Shown one piece after another: positions 120,814 through 124,000 of a DNA stretch of 124,000 nt; positions within the stretch are counted from its first letter, which is position 1, and the number at the start of each line of letters is the position of its first letter. The stretch is from Octopus vulgaris (taxonomy: Eukaryota): assembly GCA_951406725.2 (NCBI GenBank), contig OX597819.1, positions 93,268,001 to 93,392,000 on the forward strand, given 5' to 3'. The notes below the pieces were generated by a model. That model saw only the letters and a list, made by a program, of their open reading frames with translations. It had not been told where the DNA came from and made no database searches. A program made the translations under genes and the position numbers.

Positions 120814-122796
120814 GCACACATGCACGCACGCACGCACGCTCGCACACATACGTACGCTCGTATAAGCTTCTTGTATATGTTAATAATACCTGTATGTATG
120901 TATGTATGTATGTATGTATGTATGTATGTATGTATGTATGTATGTGTATAGTATAATACATAAATGTATGTAGGTATATACTCTGTGTGTGTGTAAATAT
121001 ATATACACACACTCACATGTCATGAGAAACACGCTATCTTAAAGATAGCGTATTTGTTATTGCCATATCTATGTTGAGTTTTCTAGATTCGTTTCTTTGT
121101 GCGCTGAATCCAGATGTCGCTAAAGTTAACTTTGTCTCCCATTTCATTCTTTAAAAGGCCTTAAATATAATAAAATTTCAGTAGTTCAGACGAGGGTTCG
121201 TCTAACCTCATTTCCCGTTACTCTCGCTGCCTTCCACTCTGAAACAAATCAGCTATGCGCTGACTTCTATACATAAGATGTCCAAGAGATATTGTATGTC
121301 ATATCGGCGTTCTGGCGATTGCAGCAAGGTGTGGAGACCCAAGGAAAAGAGAATGTCTATATAGGAGCAGGCATGACTGGTAGAAATAACAACCGAATCT
121401 TCCTTTAAATATGCCTTATGCAGGCATGAAGTAGTTAAGAAGCTCGCTTTGTATGCCACATGGTTTCAGATTTGGTCTCACTGCGCGGCACCTTAGGCAA
121501 GTTTCCTCTACTATATTCCCGGGCTGACCAATGACCTCTGAGTGAATGTGACAAGCAGAAACTGTGCTGAAGCCCATCTTATCTGTATATATTTATGCGT
121601 CTTTGTGTTTGCCACCCACATACACACACAGCCCCACTGACAACCGGTGTCAGCTTTGTTTACGTCCCTGTAGCTTAGAGATTCGGCAAAAGATACCAAT
121701 TGCATAAGTACCAGACTTTAAAGTATGTACTGAGGTCGATTTCTCCGACTAAATCATTCAAGGTTGTGACCAGCGCTAGATTAACCATTAAGCAAAATAT
121801 AAACGTGCTTAGGGCATCAAAGGAAGTGGGGGTACTACAGAAATGGTACTTACTAAAATAATATTCGAGGTAGCGTAAGTGATCGGAAATATAATTTCTA
121901 AGTGTTCATGGTGTCATAGTGAGGATTTGATTGAAGATTTTACAATTAGAAAAAAGTAGGAGAAAATTTTTGAAATATAAAGTGGAAGCATAAAAAAAAG
122001 ATAAAATAAACATTTCCTCCCATCTTACTCTTGGTTTTGCTTCATTTTGAAAAACAAAAACAAAAAAGAATCATTTTATGGCTTATTATTGTTTAAATTT
122101 TGAATTACACGTATATGGTGGCACTAAAATCTTTTAAGTGCTTAGGACCTCAATGGGTCTTAATCCGGCCCTGGCTGTAACCCTGCATGACCACAGTCCG
122201 TTGACTGAAACCAGTAAAAGATTTTAAAATGTGCATATATGTGTGTATATACACCCATTCATAAGTGTATATACAGCCATATACATACCTGTGTGAATAC
122301 GGGTTTGGACTTTACATTTGATAAGAAGATACGATGATAGATTAATATTCGCAGAATTGCGACTCATTTTAAATTCATTGAAATATTATATACATTCGTG
122401 TACATACACCTATAGAGGCACGTGCACCCCCCACCACAATATTTATAAGCATACACACATTTGTACGTACATACACGTAAGCATACAAACGTACACAAGT
122501 ACTGGCAAGTGTACATAAGCCCATATATGTCTATACGTATATACACACAAACACACACACATCCCTTCTTGGAAAAAGAAAGACGCCGTCGTGGCGTGCA
122601 ACGTGTCTTGGGTATTTAAATCTCTAACGAAGTCCATTCCTCTGCGAGTCTGCAAACAGCTGATTTCTTTCATAAAGGAATGCAATCAGTGAAAGGAAAA
122701 TTGAGAGAAGAATATATTGCACAAATGAATTGCAGCTTTATGCATGCATACATACATATATACATACACACACACACACACACACAAACACACAAA

Positions 122797-122878
<82 letters not shown>

Positions 122879-123645
122879 CCAGAGACATAGTAAATTGGAG
122901 GTAGTCTGTCCCCCGGTAGTCTGAGAGGGCTCAGAAATTTAGCTAGCCAATCATGCCGGCAACTTAAGGTGGTGGGTGCCAAAAGTACTTTTGACTTCAA
123001 GCATTGAAACCCTGTCTATGCCATGCATACATATATGTATATGTGTATGTATGTGTCTGTGTTTGTAATTGTAGTTCTGATGACGCCTGTTGAGGTAGAA
123101 ACACGTGTTCGTGACTGTCCTCTTAACTCGAGACAATGCACCAGTTAAATTCATATCAAATTTGGACAATTCTCGTGTCTTAAGATTATCTTCCCTTTCT
123201 CATACGAATATCAATTGCCATGTGTAATTGGGAGACATCCCCTAGAAGCGGATATAATTTTAATAAATCAAGAATTTATTGTTATTTATATCTATATGTA
123301 CATTCAATTATGCACTCAGACACACAAACAATAATGTATATGTATACATTTATATACTTTTATACACATATACATATATATATATATGTATGTATGTATA
123401 TATGTATGTATATGTATGTATGTATATGTATGTATATATGTATGTATGTATATGTATGTATGTATATGTATGTATGTATATGTATGTATATGTATGTATG
123501 TATATGTATGTATATGTATGTATGTATATGTATGTATATATATGTATGTATGTATATGTATGTATATATATGTATGTATGTATGTGTATGTATGTAATGT
123601 ATGTATATGTATGTATGTAATGTATGTATGTAATGTATGTATATG

Positions 123646-123690
<45 letters not shown>

Positions 123691-123775
123691 GTATATGTAT
123701 ATATATATATGTATATATGTATATATGTATGTATATGTATGTATGTATGTATATATGTATGTATATGTATGTATG

Positions 123776-123810
<35 letters not shown>

Positions 123811-124000
123811 GTATACATATATGTGTGTACATGCGCACGTGAGCATATATGTTTACATACACGTGTAAATATATGCGTGTATATATGTGTTTGTGTGAAT
123901 GCGCATGTGTGTAAATGCGTGTTTGTATTTCTGATTTTCTCTTTTCGTTCTTGGGAATATAGAAAAGCTTTTGTAAACTCAATGGAAAGCCACAATGAAG

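Overview
Animal nuclear DNA: AT-rich and saturated with (TA)n, (CA)n, (TATG)n, (ATAG)n and (AAT)n microsatellites plus several tRNA-derived SINE families. Composition and repeats point to an octopus/coleoid cephalopod genome (inference). The only clear host gene is the first coding exon of a T-type calcium channel (Cav3, 86203-86717). It ends in a U12-type AT-AC donor and opens an intron that appears to run off the window. The most interesting content is a Penelope-like retroelement (PLE)/hammerhead-ribozyme system. (i) Two PLE copies (5.4-7.6 kb, 58.0-59.8 kb) have uninterrupted RT-GIY-YIG ORFs and are 5'-truncated at the same RT motif. (ii) In the second copy, an uninterrupted 3' fragment of the host AMN1 gene sits where the first copy has its inverted pseudo-LTR, suggesting PLE-mediated retrocopying. 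(iii) About 20 minimal type I hammerhead motifs, read by eye, lie in short non-coding foldback or direct-repeat elements inside microsatellites. They include a recurrent U3:A8 covariant core, a CUGUNGA family and a retrozyme-like 405-nt unit. Also present are decayed Tc1/mariner, hAT, Helitron, RTE, CR1/L2 and R4/Dong-like elements. Repeat boundaries are approximate; nothing was computed or searched.
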